NCBI GenBank assembly: GCA_029941785.1
Contig: JAPYTK010000004.1
Span: forward strand, 1,450 to 65,449
DNA length: 64,000 bases
Source of the DNA: Polyangiaceae bacterium
GTDB lineage: Bacteria; Myxococcota_A; Polyangia; Polyangiales; Polyangiaceae
Direction of reading: 5' to 3'
Shown here: positions 26,664 to 35,454 of the stretch, in pieces
Layout of the letters: each line of letters opens with the position of its first letter
Position numbering within the stretch: the stretch's first letter is position 1
Translations under genes and position numbers: made by a program
Notes under the pieces: generated by a model
What the model was told of the DNA's origin: nothing
Database searches by the model: none
The model's input: only the letters and a program-made list of their open reading frames with translations

Positions 26664-27116
26664 TCAGCAGGGAAACATCTCTGGCCGTTCGTCGCCAACC
26701 AGAACGGGCTTGGTCGTCGCCCGGGACTGAAAAAGACGAGCCATGGCAGGCTTGAGATCGTCGAGGGTGAGGGGCCGGTCGAATGAACAACAGGCGCCCA
26801 TCGAACGGGCGACGCGCGTGTCGGGATGGGCGGTCGATTCGGTGATGACCGCGACGGGTATGTGCCGAGTCAGTGGATGACGCCGCAATTCGCTCAAGAT
26901 GTGCAGGGCCATGCCTCCGGACATCTGCCAATCGAGAATGAGGGCATCGGGGTCGAGAGTAGCGACGAAGGAAACCCAAGTAGCCGGTATCGACAGGCAA
27001 GTCTTGAAGAGGCTCAGCCAGCTCTCGTGGCCGGACGCAGTGTGAACGAAATAGTCTTCACTGCGCAACAGGGTGGCCAGCACATAGCGCGAGCGCAAAT
27101 CGTCATCGATGATCAT
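26664..27116 (-). CDS. Stand-alone response-regulator receiver domain protein (atypical)
   Basis: MIIDDD..., DALILDWQMSG, VAVITEST. The canonical KP is replaced by RP (SFDRPL). The ORF is open up to 27260, so the start is uncertain. Confidence 0.65.
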   Translation of the reverse strand: MIIDDDLRSRYVLATLLRSEDYFVHTASGHESWLSLFKTCLSIPATWVSFVATLDPDALILDWQMSGGMALHILSELRRHPLTRHIPVAVITESTAHPDTRVARSMGACCSFDRPLTLDDLKPAMARLFQSRATTKPVLVGDERPEMFPC

Positions 27117-27400
27117 CACGCTCGGCGCCTGGACATGGCTGTCCCGGCGCGGCTTGTTAAACAGACCGTTCAATATTGTATTCCGCCTTACACGCCCATG
27201 AACGGTCAAACGGCGAGACTCTTGAACCACGGCAACGCGCATAGAACAGCGACCCCGCAAACGACGCTTCGATGCAAGCCCAGCCGATCATGCAGACCTC
27301 ATCCGCCCGGTCTTCTGACGAAGGATCCGCTGCCAAACAGGATCGTACTTGCGCCCCAGGGGCAATCCACCGATCCTTCTGATCGTCAAGGAACGGCATC

Positions 27401-27859
27401 ATGATAAATCGACACACCCGCCCAGCGATAGTGACAATGACCCTGCTCGCCGCCAGCGGATGCGGGGACAACCAACATCCCGAGGCTGCAATCGCCTTGT
27501 ACGAGCAAATTCAACAAGAAGACTACCAGAGCTTCGCGCGCGCCCCAGGATACGAGACCCGCAAGCCCTCCGATGCTCCGCACAGCGACCATGTCGACAT
27601 CTTCATCAACAGCGTCGTGGCCGAGGCCCTCGCCGCCGACGAGACATTGACCATCTGGCCCGAGGGTTCGCTGATCGTGAAGGACGGTTACACCGACGGA
27701 GGCGAACTGGAGCTCGTCGCCGTCATGGACAAGCGCAGCGATGGATGGTTTTACGCCGAGTACTTCGACGGCGACGCCAAATTCTCCGGCAAACCCGATG
27801 TCTGCACCGATTGCCACGCGAGCGGCGCCGACTTCGTTCTCGCGTTCGGATTTCCGTAG
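27401..27859 (+). CDS. Cytochrome P460-family lipoprotein (single CXXCH)
   Basis: Lipobox LLAASGC. WPEGSLIVKDGY...VMDKRSDGWFYAEY...CTDCHASGADFVLAF matches the P460 / cytochrome c'-beta family pattern as recalled. Confidence 0.6.
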   Translation: MINRHTRPAIVTMTLLAASGCGDNQHPEAAIALYEQIQQEDYQSFARAPGYETRKPSDAPHSDHVDIFINSVVAEALAADETLTIWPEGSLIVKDGYTDGGELELVAVMDKRSDGWFYAEYFDGDAKFSGKPDVCTDCHASGADFVLAFGFP

Positions 27860-27882
27860 GCACCGGCTCCGTAGGCACCGGC
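27853..27882 (+). repeat. Exact 15-bp tandem duplication spanning the P460 stop codon
   Basis: TCCGTAGGCACCGGC occurs at 27853-27867 and again at 27868-27882. Confidence 0.95.
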
Positions 27883-27905
27883 GCAGAAGGAGCGCAGCGT
27901 CCGGC

Positions 27906-28253
27906 TCAGTTCTTTTGGTAGATGATGCGCTCCCACGCCGTGCTGCCGTTCAATCCCGTCGAACTGCCGCAGCGCCAACCACCGTTGAGACTGCGTCCAC
28001 CGGGGTGCCAGCACAGGCGCGACTGCGGGTTCGTGTTATTCGTGGCGCAACTGCTGCGGGACAAGGGGTCACCTTGTTTGGCAAATCCCCATGAGTAGGA
28101 CGAGCTGTAATATCAGCCGGTGCATTGTGCGGTGTGTTGCCGGTGCCCGTGTTGGAGGTGACGGCTCCGCGCGGCGCCCAGGCCAACACCGTGAGCGTCT
28201 GCAGGTTTGACGCACACCCCGACTTCGCAGCTCTCGCCCTGAAGACAGGCCAT
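27906..28253 (-). pseudogene. Interrupted Cys-rich reading frame (one in-frame TGA), possible pseudogene or small peptide gene
   Basis: The ATG at 28253 lies 3 nt after the TPR gene stop. The frame reads MACLQGESCEVGVCVKP...AQCTG-TGA-YYSSSYSWGFAKQGDPLS...WRCGSSTGLNGSTAWERIIYQKN*. Absent from the ORF track because both halves are shorter than 60 aa from a start codon. Confidence 0.25.
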
Positions 28254-28256
28254 CGC

Positions 28257-29408
28257 TCAGTTTGGCGCCGGCTGCACCGTCAAAGCAAACACCTGCTCCC
28301 CGTCCACCTCGAGCGGCTCGAAACCCACCCGTAGATCACCGCAGGTCACCGGCTCACGCGTGCGAAGCAACTCCGCATAGAGCTGCGCCGCGCCGGTGAG
28401 GGGCAACCCGATAGCCTCACGCAGGAAGGTCAAGGTGATGGCCGTGCCAAAGTCTGCCAGCGTGGGCGTGCCATCCGCGGACACGACCGTGACCTGCAGC
28501 AGACGCCCCTTGGCGAGCCCAGCCTTGACCGGATCGGGAATGATGAGGCTGAGCTTGCTCGCCCGCTCGTCATCGAAGAAAGCCCACAGCTGCGCCAAAC
28601 CCGTCCGGTAACGCACCAGCGACGATGATGCGTCGCTTTCGACCTCCCGGATGAGCTTCGCCTCCTGCACCAGAGCCGAATCATTCACAGCCGACTCTCG
28701 CTGGCCCAGCAGGCGCCGGCTCCGAAGCTCGCCCAGGGCCTTTCGCAAGACCTCGAGATTCAACGCGGCCCGTGTATTGGTCCGCTGCTTCAGGAGCACA
28801 ACCTCGAGCTGCGTCACGGCCTCTCCGAGTTCTCCCACGGCAGCAAGCGCATCGGCGAGAGTCTCGTGCGCCTCGATCATGTCGGGCGCGCTCTGCACCG
28901 CCGAGCGATATTGAGCAATGGCCAGCGCGGTCTCTCCTTTTGCCTCGTACGCCATACCCATCGCGTAACCAATCATGGGATCACCCGGTGCGTGCTCCTG
29001 CGCGACAGCCAAGGTCTTGAGCGCCTTGTCGTAAAGCCCCTTGTCGTAGAAGGCGACGCCCAGTTCGTGCAGGATCCGCGGCTCATTCGGCGCCAAGCGC
29101 TTGGCTTGCACGAGCTGGTACACCGCCTCATCCCGGCGCTCGAGCTTGGAGAGCACGTGGGCATAGCTCCGGCGGGCCACCACCATGTCCCCATCGAGCT
29201 CGACCGCCCGGCCGAGGGCCTTCGCCGCCTCAGCGTAGTGATCGATGTTGAGGTACGCGCCGCCTAGCTCGAGCCAAGCCCCTGGATCGTCGGGGTCCTG
29301 AGCGAGTCGCTCTTTCAGCTCGTCGATCACCAGCGCGCTGGGATCGGTTTGCTCGTCGGGGGTCGGAGATGGCCCCACCAGCGGTAACTTCTTCCGTCCG
29401 TCCGTCAT
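28257..29408 (-). CDS. TPR-repeat protein
   Basis: N-terminal half shows repeated TPR-like A/Y/L patterns (AWLELGGAYLNIDHYAEAAKALGRAVELD and similar). C-terminal 150 aa unassigned. Lies 42 nt downstream of nuoI. Confidence 0.7.
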   Translation of the reverse strand: MTDGRKKLPLVGPSPTPDEQTDPSALVIDELKERLAQDPDDPGAWLELGGAYLNIDHYAEAAKALGRAVELDGDMVVARRSYAHVLSKLERRDEAVYQLVQAKRLAPNEPRILHELGVAFYDKGLYDKALKTLAVAQEHAPGDPMIGYAMGMAYEAKGETALAIAQYRSAVQSAPDMIEAHETLADALAAVGELGEAVTQLEVVLLKQRTNTRAALNLEVLRKALGELRSRRLLGQRESAVNDSALVQEAKLIREVESDASSSLVRYRTGLAQLWAFFDDERASKLSLIIPDPVKAGLAKGRLLQVTVVSADGTPTLADFGTAITLTFLREAIGLPLTGAAQLYAELLRTREPVTCGDLRVGFEPLEVDGEQVFALTVQPAPN

Positions 29409-29450
29409 GGTCGTTGGCGTCGTCGTCGCAACGATCTCACACGTGACCGT

Positions 29451-30116
29451 TCAATGTTCGTGGTCGCGGGAGAGACCTGGATGCGTCGAATCGCCTGGCT
29501 CGTGGCGAGGGTTGGCCGTACGACGTCCACCGCCACGGGCGTCCATTTCAATGAGGGTTTCTTTTTCGTAGATGAACTGATCCCGAGAATCATAAGCGGT
29601 GGGATGCTGACCGGTGTCCATTCGAATCGCGTCGCAAGGACACGCTTGAACACAAAAACCACAGAACACACAACGCAGCTCGTCGATCACGAATTTGGCC
29701 GGGTAACGCTCGTAACCGCGTCGCTCATCCCCCTCGGGATACTCTTCCGGTTCGATGTGAATGCACTGCGCCGGACAGGCCGTCGAGCAACACAGGCATG
29801 CGACGCAGCGTGGCGAACCGTCGTCTCGCACCGTGAGTCGGTGCAAGCCCCGAAAGCGCTCCGGGTAGGGCCGCTTCTCTTCGGGATACTCGATCGTCGT
29901 GATCCCGCCATCCAAGTTGTCGAGCACGGGATCGCGCTTCTGACCCAGCATCCGCTCTTTCGTGTTGCGAAAGAAGTGCTGCATGGTCAGACCCGTGCCC
30001 TTGAGCCAAGCGGGTACGAAAGACTGGACGGCTGCGTTCCGATTGGGACGAGCAATGGCCTTTCCAGTCACGCCCCGAACCGCCGCTCGCGTCCACTTCT
30101 TGTTTTGCTCGCTCAT
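29451..30116 (-). CDS. nuoI: NADH-quinone oxidoreductase subunit I
   Basis: Two 4Fe-4S ferredoxin motifs, CVACLCCSTACP and CVFCGFCVQACP. Positioned after nuoH. Confidence 0.9.
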   Translation of the reverse strand: MSEQNKKWTRAAVRGVTGKAIARPNRNAAVQSFVPAWLKGTGLTMQHFFRNTKERMLGQKRDPVLDNLDGGITTIEYPEEKRPYPERFRGLHRLTVRDDGSPRCVACLCCSTACPAQCIHIEPEEYPEGDERRGYERYPAKFVIDELRCVFCGFCVQACPCDAIRMDTGQHPTAYDSRDQFIYEKETLIEMDARGGGRRTANPRHEPGDSTHPGLSRDHEH

Positions 30117-30129
30117 GCTTCCGACTCCT

Positions 30130-31971
30130 TCAGGCTTGCATGTCTCCGGCCTTTACCCCACCGGCTGCCGCGGCGTACCGCGCAGACGAAGAGGACCGGT
30201 AGGTTGGTCGTTTCGGAGTGTCGAGCAGTCCCGTGATCATCCAGATCACCGCGCCGAACGCCGCCAGCGCCACGAAGGCCTGACTGAGATCCGCAGCCCA
30301 ATCGAGCGCAACGGCAACGCGCGGGCTCGCATCCATGCAGCCGAGCAACACGATTCCGGTGAGCAGAATATTCACCAGGGCGAGAGGCAAGAGCTTGGTC
30401 CAACCGAGCTTCATGACCTGGTCGTAACGGAACCGAGGCAAGGTCCAGCGGATGAAGACGTGGAGCCACATGACCACGATCGTCTTGCCGAAGAACGCCC
30501 CCACATGAATGAGCGTCACGGCCCAGTGCTGCAAAGACTGTTCGAAGATGACGCTCGATCCCAGCACGATGCGGATCCCATCTGGATCGATGAAGGGCAA
30601 ATGGTATCCGCCGAAGAAGAGCGTCACGAGCAGGGCGCTCGAGAAGACGAACTCGGCGTACTCACCCATGAAGAAGAGACCGAACTTCATGCCCGAGTAC
30701 TCGAGAAAATAGCCAGCGACGAGTTCGCTCTCGCCCTCGGGTTGATCAAACGGTACCCGCTTGGTCTCCGCGACCACAGCGGTCAAAAAGAGGAGAAAAC
30801 CAAGCGGCTGCACGAAGATCCCCCAGGCGTTGGCCCCTTGCCAATCGACGATGCTCCCCATGTGGACCGAGCCCGTCACCATCAACATGCCGACGATGCT
30901 CAGGCCGAGAGCCACCTCGTAGCTGACCATCTGGCTGGTCGCTCGAAGACCGCCCAAGAGGGCAAACTTGTTATCGCTGGCCCAGCCGGCGAGCGCGGCT
31001 CCGATGATCCCCGTTCCTGCGATCGCGAAGATATAGAGCAGCCCTACATTGAGATCCGCCACCTGCAAGCCGACGGCGATCTGGCCTTTCGCGCACTGGC
31101 CGTTGGCCGCGACGGTGCTCGCGAGGTTCGTCAATTCCCCAAAGTCGAGCACGCCATTGGCCTTCTTGGTGGCCTTGTCGATGGTGTCGACGAAACACAT
31201 GGTGTTGCCAAAGGGAAGAACGGCGAAAGTCACGAGCGCTGGAAACATCGCGAGCAGGGGGGCCAAGCCGTAGAGCAATTTGTCTGCGTTGCGGGGCCGC
31301 AGATCTTCCTTCCAGATGAGCTTGATGGCATCGGCCACCGAGTGGAGTGTCCCGGCGAGGCGCAAGCCCACCGTGCTCCCCTGCTCGATCTTCGACGCCG
31401 CATACAGCGCGCTGGAGCAGATGACGACAGCCACAAAAGTGCCGCTCAAGCCGGTAGCGAGCTGAATGGTCTCGGGAAACGGCCAGCCCCAGCCCTTGGC
31501 GGCAATTTGCCACATGGACTTCGGGAGCAAGGGCAGGAGCAGCAAGGCCGTGAGGTGCAAGATCAACCCGCCATAGAAATAGGCGCGCGGATCGACCGCC
31601 GCGATGGCCCGATCGACGGGACCGCGTGATCCGTGTTTTCGGATGTAGTTGCTCAGCAGCAGCAGGCTGAACCAACCCACGAGAATGCCGAACTGCACCC
31701 CCGCACTCACCTTGGGCAAGACCTCGGCGCTCGTCACGCCAAACCACATCGGAACACTGACGAGACCTGCCACCAACCAGGCCGGTCCTATCATCAGGGC
31801 CCGGGCCAACCACCACGGCAAATTCACGACGGCGCGGTTCGGTCCGACGCGGTCCTGCAGCATCGCGCTTTGCCGGCGGTCCGCCCACACAGCCATCGCC
31901 GCCATGCTCAGCAAGAAGCCGATGACGATGACGATCTTGATCAAGCTGAGAAAAACTTCCGCGCCGCTCAT
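30130..31971 (-). CDS. nuoH: NADH-quinone oxidoreductase subunit H with large insertions (613 aa)
   Basis: NuoH blocks DRVGPNR, ADAIKLIWKED, ADLNVGLLYIF, ETKRVPFDQPEGESELVAGY and EYSGMKF. About 160 extra residues follow GPNR. Confidence 0.9.
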   Translation of the reverse strand: MSGAEVFLSLIKIVIVIGFLLSMAAMAVWADRRQSAMLQDRVGPNRAVVNLPWWLARALMIGPAWLVAGLVSVPMWFGVTSAEVLPKVSAGVQFGILVGWFSLLLLSNYIRKHGSRGPVDRAIAAVDPRAYFYGGLILHLTALLLLPLLPKSMWQIAAKGWGWPFPETIQLATGLSGTFVAVVICSSALYAASKIEQGSTVGLRLAGTLHSVADAIKLIWKEDLRPRNADKLLYGLAPLLAMFPALVTFAVLPFGNTMCFVDTIDKATKKANGVLDFGELTNLASTVAANGQCAKGQIAVGLQVADLNVGLLYIFAIAGTGIIGAALAGWASDNKFALLGGLRATSQMVSYEVALGLSIVGMLMVTGSVHMGSIVDWQGANAWGIFVQPLGFLLFLTAVVAETKRVPFDQPEGESELVAGYFLEYSGMKFGLFFMGEYAEFVFSSALLVTLFFGGYHLPFIDPDGIRIVLGSSVIFEQSLQHWAVTLIHVGAFFGKTIVVMWLHVFIRWTLPRFRYDQVMKLGWTKLLPLALVNILLTGIVLLGCMDASPRVAVALDWAADLSQAFVALAAFGAVIWMITGLLDTPKRPTYRSSSSARYAAAAGGVKAGDMQA

Positions 31972-33620
31972 GCGCCTGCCTCCGGCGCCGTCTCGACCGT
32001 CGAGTCATCCGCGCCCGAGAACGTCGGCGCGCTGTCTTGCAACATGGCCTGCTCGAGGTCGGCTCGGCTCGTCCAATCGATATCGTATCCCAGGGCTCGC
32101 GCCAGCGCGATCACCAGCTGCCATCCCGGATAGGCCTCGCCGAGCGGCTGGAGCACGACATCAGCTTGTTGCGCAATCCCCTTGGCGTTGACGTAGGTTC
32201 CGCACGCTTCAGCCCAGGAACTGGCCGGGAAAGCGACGTGAGACGCGTGCGACAGGCATCCTTCGTGCGTGCAAATCGCGATGTGCCCCTTTACCCGGGC
32301 AAGCTCGCTCTTGAGTTCGGCCGGCGCATCAACGTCGACGTGAGACCCGAGGCTCAGCACGTAGTCATAGCCGTCGCTGCGAAGAGCCTCGAACAAGACG
32401 GCGAGCGACTTGGGCGTCCCGAGATCGAGCTTGGCGGCAACGGCCTGGGCCCCGGCTCGATTTGGGTTCTTGTCCGCGTGCATCAGAACGTCATCGGCTT
32501 CACCTGCAGGCCTGCCTGCGAGATAGACCTCTTTCACGCCGAGATAGCGACTCGCCACCATCGCCAAAGCGAAGTTATCTTCGTTGGAATGCTCAGCGGA
32601 CAGCACGACCGCGATCCGCGATGGGTCCGCTTCGTGCCCAAGGAGCTGCTCTTTCGCTGCCGCAAGTGCATCTTCGATGGTGGCGTCATCTCCGCCCACC
32701 AATGCATGACTGAGACGGCCCTCGTAGGCGGCCGGATAACTGAGCATGCCCTCGTCGCACATCCAGTAGCCGTTGACCGCTTCGTTGTCCCGCGGACGAT
32801 AGCGGTAGGGTTTGTTGTCGCGCGGATCGTAATCCAAGTACGCGTTGCACCCCGTCGCGCAGCCTTGGCAGACCGTGCGCTCGCTGCGCAAGAACCACAC
32901 CCGGGCCTTGAAGCGAAAATGACTCGATGTGAGAGCGCCAACCGGGCAGACGTGCTCGGTCATCAAGGAGTAGTTGTGATCCAATTTGCGGCCCGGCGCG
33001 ACGACGATTTCGTTGCGATTACCCCGCTGACGCATGTCGAGAACGGGGTCGGACGCCACCTCGTCGCATACGCGTATGCAGCGGGTGCACATGATGCAGC
33101 GTTCGGCATCGTAGACAATCGTCTCGCCGAATACGATCGCCTTGGGCTTGTGAACGGGCTCATCGGCCATCCGCTTCGGGCTACGCTGATGTTCGAGCCA
33201 GTAGTCCTGAAGATCACACTCGCCAGCTTGGTCGCAGATGGGGCAATCGACCGGGTGATTCAGGAGCAACAGTTCTTGCACGGCATGACGCGCTTGCCGA
33301 ACGTGTTCGCTGGTATCGGCCTTGACCTCCATGCCGTCGGCACAGGACATCTGGCACGAGGGAAAGAGCTTGGGCTTCTGGTCGACGACGTAGTCGTTCG
33401 CTTCGGCATCCCACTTGAGCACGTCGAGCATCATCGGCGGTCGGCCCGGCGGCGGTCCAACCTCGACCAAACACATTCGGCAGTTGGCCGGCGCGCTGAG
33501 ACCGGGATGCCAACAATAATGAGGGATGTCGATCCCCGCTCGGTGAGCGGCCTTGATGACGGTGTCGCCCTTGTTGAAGGGGACGTCGCGACCGTCGAAG
33601 ATGATGCTTCCGTCAGACAT
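31968..33620 (-). CDS. nuoG: NADH-quinone oxidoreductase subunit G (short form)
   Basis: 2Fe-2S and 4Fe-4S Cys clusters (CWHPGLSAPANCRMCLVEV, HPVDCPICDQAGECDLQ, CIMCTRCIRVC). The ATG at 33620 shares one base with the nuoD stop (TAATG). Confidence 0.85.
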   Translation of the reverse strand: MSDGSIIFDGRDVPFNKGDTVIKAAHRAGIDIPHYCWHPGLSAPANCRMCLVEVGPPPGRPPMMLDVLKWDAEANDYVVDQKPKLFPSCQMSCADGMEVKADTSEHVRQARHAVQELLLLNHPVDCPICDQAGECDLQDYWLEHQRSPKRMADEPVHKPKAIVFGETIVYDAERCIMCTRCIRVCDEVASDPVLDMRQRGNRNEIVVAPGRKLDHNYSLMTEHVCPVGALTSSHFRFKARVWFLRSERTVCQGCATGCNAYLDYDPRDNKPYRYRPRDNEAVNGYWMCDEGMLSYPAAYEGRLSHALVGGDDATIEDALAAAKEQLLGHEADPSRIAVVLSAEHSNEDNFALAMVASRYLGVKEVYLAGRPAGEADDVLMHADKNPNRAGAQAVAAKLDLGTPKSLAVLFEALRSDGYDYVLSLGSHVDVDAPAELKSELARVKGHIAICTHEGCLSHASHVAFPASSWAEACGTYVNAKGIAQQADVVLQPLGEAYPGWQLVIALARALGYDIDWTSRADLEQAMLQDSAPTFSGADDSTVETAPEAGA

Positions 33621-34834
33621 TAGTGGTCGCACTCCCCGCCGATCATGTTCAAAGAGCCGAAGGCTGGAACGACGTCGGGCACCATGCCCCCAACGATCAT
33701 GTCGCTGAGCGCCTGCGTGGACGCAAAACTAGGAGGACGTATACGCACCCGGTAGGGGGTGCCGCTGCCATCGCTCACGATATAAAAGCCGAGCTCGCCA
33801 TTGCCCGCCTCGGTGTAGGAATAGCACTCGCCTGCGGGCACCTTGACCCCTTCCATCACAATCTTGAAGTGCTGAATGGTGCCTTCGATCGAGTTGTAAA
33901 CGCGTTCTTTCTCGGGCAGGACGATGCGAGGATCGTCGATGTTGATCGGTCCATCGTCAGCCATCACTTCGAGCGCCTGTTCGATGATCCGGACGCTCTG
34001 CCGCATCTCTTCTTGGCGGCACATGAAGCGATCGTAACAATCGCCCGTGCTACCAACCGGCACGTCGAAATCGAACTGGTCGTAGCTGAGGTAGGGGTGG
34101 GCCTTGCGCACATCATAAGCCGCACCGGTCGAACGAAGCACGACGCCCGTCCAGCCTAGCGCGATGGCGTCTTCACGCGAAACCACGCCGACGTTCTCGA
34201 TCCGATCCAAGAAGATGCGGTTCTCGAGCAAGAGTTTCTCGCCATCTTCGACCAGGGCCATCACCGCCGGCAAACCACTTCGCACCATGTCCTTGAAATC
34301 GGCGGTGGGTTCATCGGCCATGCCCCCGACGCGGCCAAAGCTGTGCGTCACCCGCGCGCCGGTCTCTTCTTCGAAGACGTCCCAGATGATCTCGCGGGCC
34401 TTGGTAAAATAGAGGAAGGGGGTAAAGGCGCCCAGCTCCATCGCCATGGCGCCCGAACACACGAGGTGGTCGCAAATGCGGGCCAGCTCGCCCAGAACGA
34501 CGCGGTAGTGCTGGCAACGAATGGGCACCGTGACGCCGAGCATCTTCTCTACGGCCAGTGCAAAGCCCACGTTGTTGAGCATGGGGGAGGCATAATTGAG
34601 TCGATCCACGTACGGAAAGCACTGTGTCCAATCGCCGCGCTCGCACATCTTCTCGAAGCCGCGATGCAAGAAACCGATCTGCACATCCGCCTTGGTGATC
34701 GTCTCGCCGCTCAGCTCGACCACGATACGAATCGTGCCGTGCATCGCGGGATGCGACGGCCCCATCTGGATGAGCATCGGATCGGTCGGGAGTTCGAGCT
34801 CGCCATCTTGTAGTTCGATGTCCAGCGGTTCCAT
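33620..34834 (-). CDS. nuoD: NADH-quinone oxidoreductase subunit D
   Basis: MGPSHPAMHGTIRIV, GFLHRGFEKMCE and a typical C-terminal half. 404 aa. Confidence 0.95.
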   Translation of the reverse strand: MEPLDIELQDGELELPTDPMLIQMGPSHPAMHGTIRIVVELSGETITKADVQIGFLHRGFEKMCERGDWTQCFPYVDRLNYASPMLNNVGFALAVEKMLGVTVPIRCQHYRVVLGELARICDHLVCSGAMAMELGAFTPFLYFTKAREIIWDVFEEETGARVTHSFGRVGGMADEPTADFKDMVRSGLPAVMALVEDGEKLLLENRIFLDRIENVGVVSREDAIALGWTGVVLRSTGAAYDVRKAHPYLSYDQFDFDVPVGSTGDCYDRFMCRQEEMRQSVRIIEQALEVMADDGPINIDDPRIVLPEKERVYNSIEGTIQHFKIVMEGVKVPAGECYSYTEAGNGELGFYIVSDGSGTPYRVRIRPPSFASTQALSDMIVGGMVPDVVPAFGSLNMIGGECDH

Positions 34835-35442
34835 CAGGCGTCCTCGCGCTCGAAGCCGAGCAAATTGCGACCACCCGGCCGGTGGTCATGCGTCTGGCGG
34901 CCAAAGGGCATGCCCTCATGTCGATCGAAGGGGGGCAACTTGCCCTGGGCCTCTTCACGGAAAGGCACCAGCGGTTGAATGCGGTCCGCTGGGTAGTCCT
35001 TGCGGAGCGGATACCCCTCGAATTCCTCGTACATCAAGATTCGCCGCAGGTCGGGATGCCCCTCGAACACGACGCCGAACATGTCGAAACACTCGCGCTC
35101 AAACCAGTTCGCTCCGGCCCAGACATCGGCCAGCGTGTCGATGTGAACGTGGCCATCGTCCTGAAGGTCCAAACGTGCCTTGAGTCGGATGCGGTGTGCT
35201 TTGTCGAAAGAACGCAGATGAAGCACCACCTCGAAGCGGCCCTCTTCCCGGTCGGGATAGTGGACCGCCGTCAGATCGATGAAGTGATCCATCGCCAACC
35301 GCGAATCGTCGCGCAAGAACTGTGCGATGGCTTTCCATTGAGCGGGATCGACGATGGCCGTGTCGTCACCAAACTGACCGTGGGTCTGAAGGATCGCTCC
35401 CTCAAACCGCGTACTCAAAATATCGAGAACTCGCTGACTCAT
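34834..35442 (-). CDS. nuoC: NADH-quinone oxidoreductase subunit C
   Basis: NuoC blocks ERECFDMFGVVFEGHPDLRRILM and YPLRKDYP. Confidence 0.9.
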   Translation of the reverse strand: MSQRVLDILSTRFEGAILQTHGQFGDDTAIVDPAQWKAIAQFLRDDSRLAMDHFIDLTAVHYPDREEGRFEVVLHLRSFDKAHRIRLKARLDLQDDGHVHIDTLADVWAGANWFERECFDMFGVVFEGHPDLRRILMYEEFEGYPLRKDYPADRIQPLVPFREEAQGKLPPFDRHEGMPFGRQTHDHRPGGRNLLGFEREDA

Positions 35443-35454
35443 GTTGCCCTCTGC

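Noticed and set aside
28040-28115. Selenocysteine recoding of the in-frame TGA after C-T-G
   Set aside because: The only stable hairpin begins about 35 nt after the TGA, farther than typical bacterial SECIS elements. No sel genes are visible in the window, and a pseudogene or indel is the simpler explanation. It is kept only as a low-priority option in the findings.
29962-33623. Long ORFs 29962-31629 (+), 30971-32008 (-) and 32037-33623 (+)
   Set aside because: They overlap nuoH and nuoG in other frames or strands. Their compositions are biased (Arg/Gly/Asp/His-rich), while the nuo frames carry the conserved motifs.
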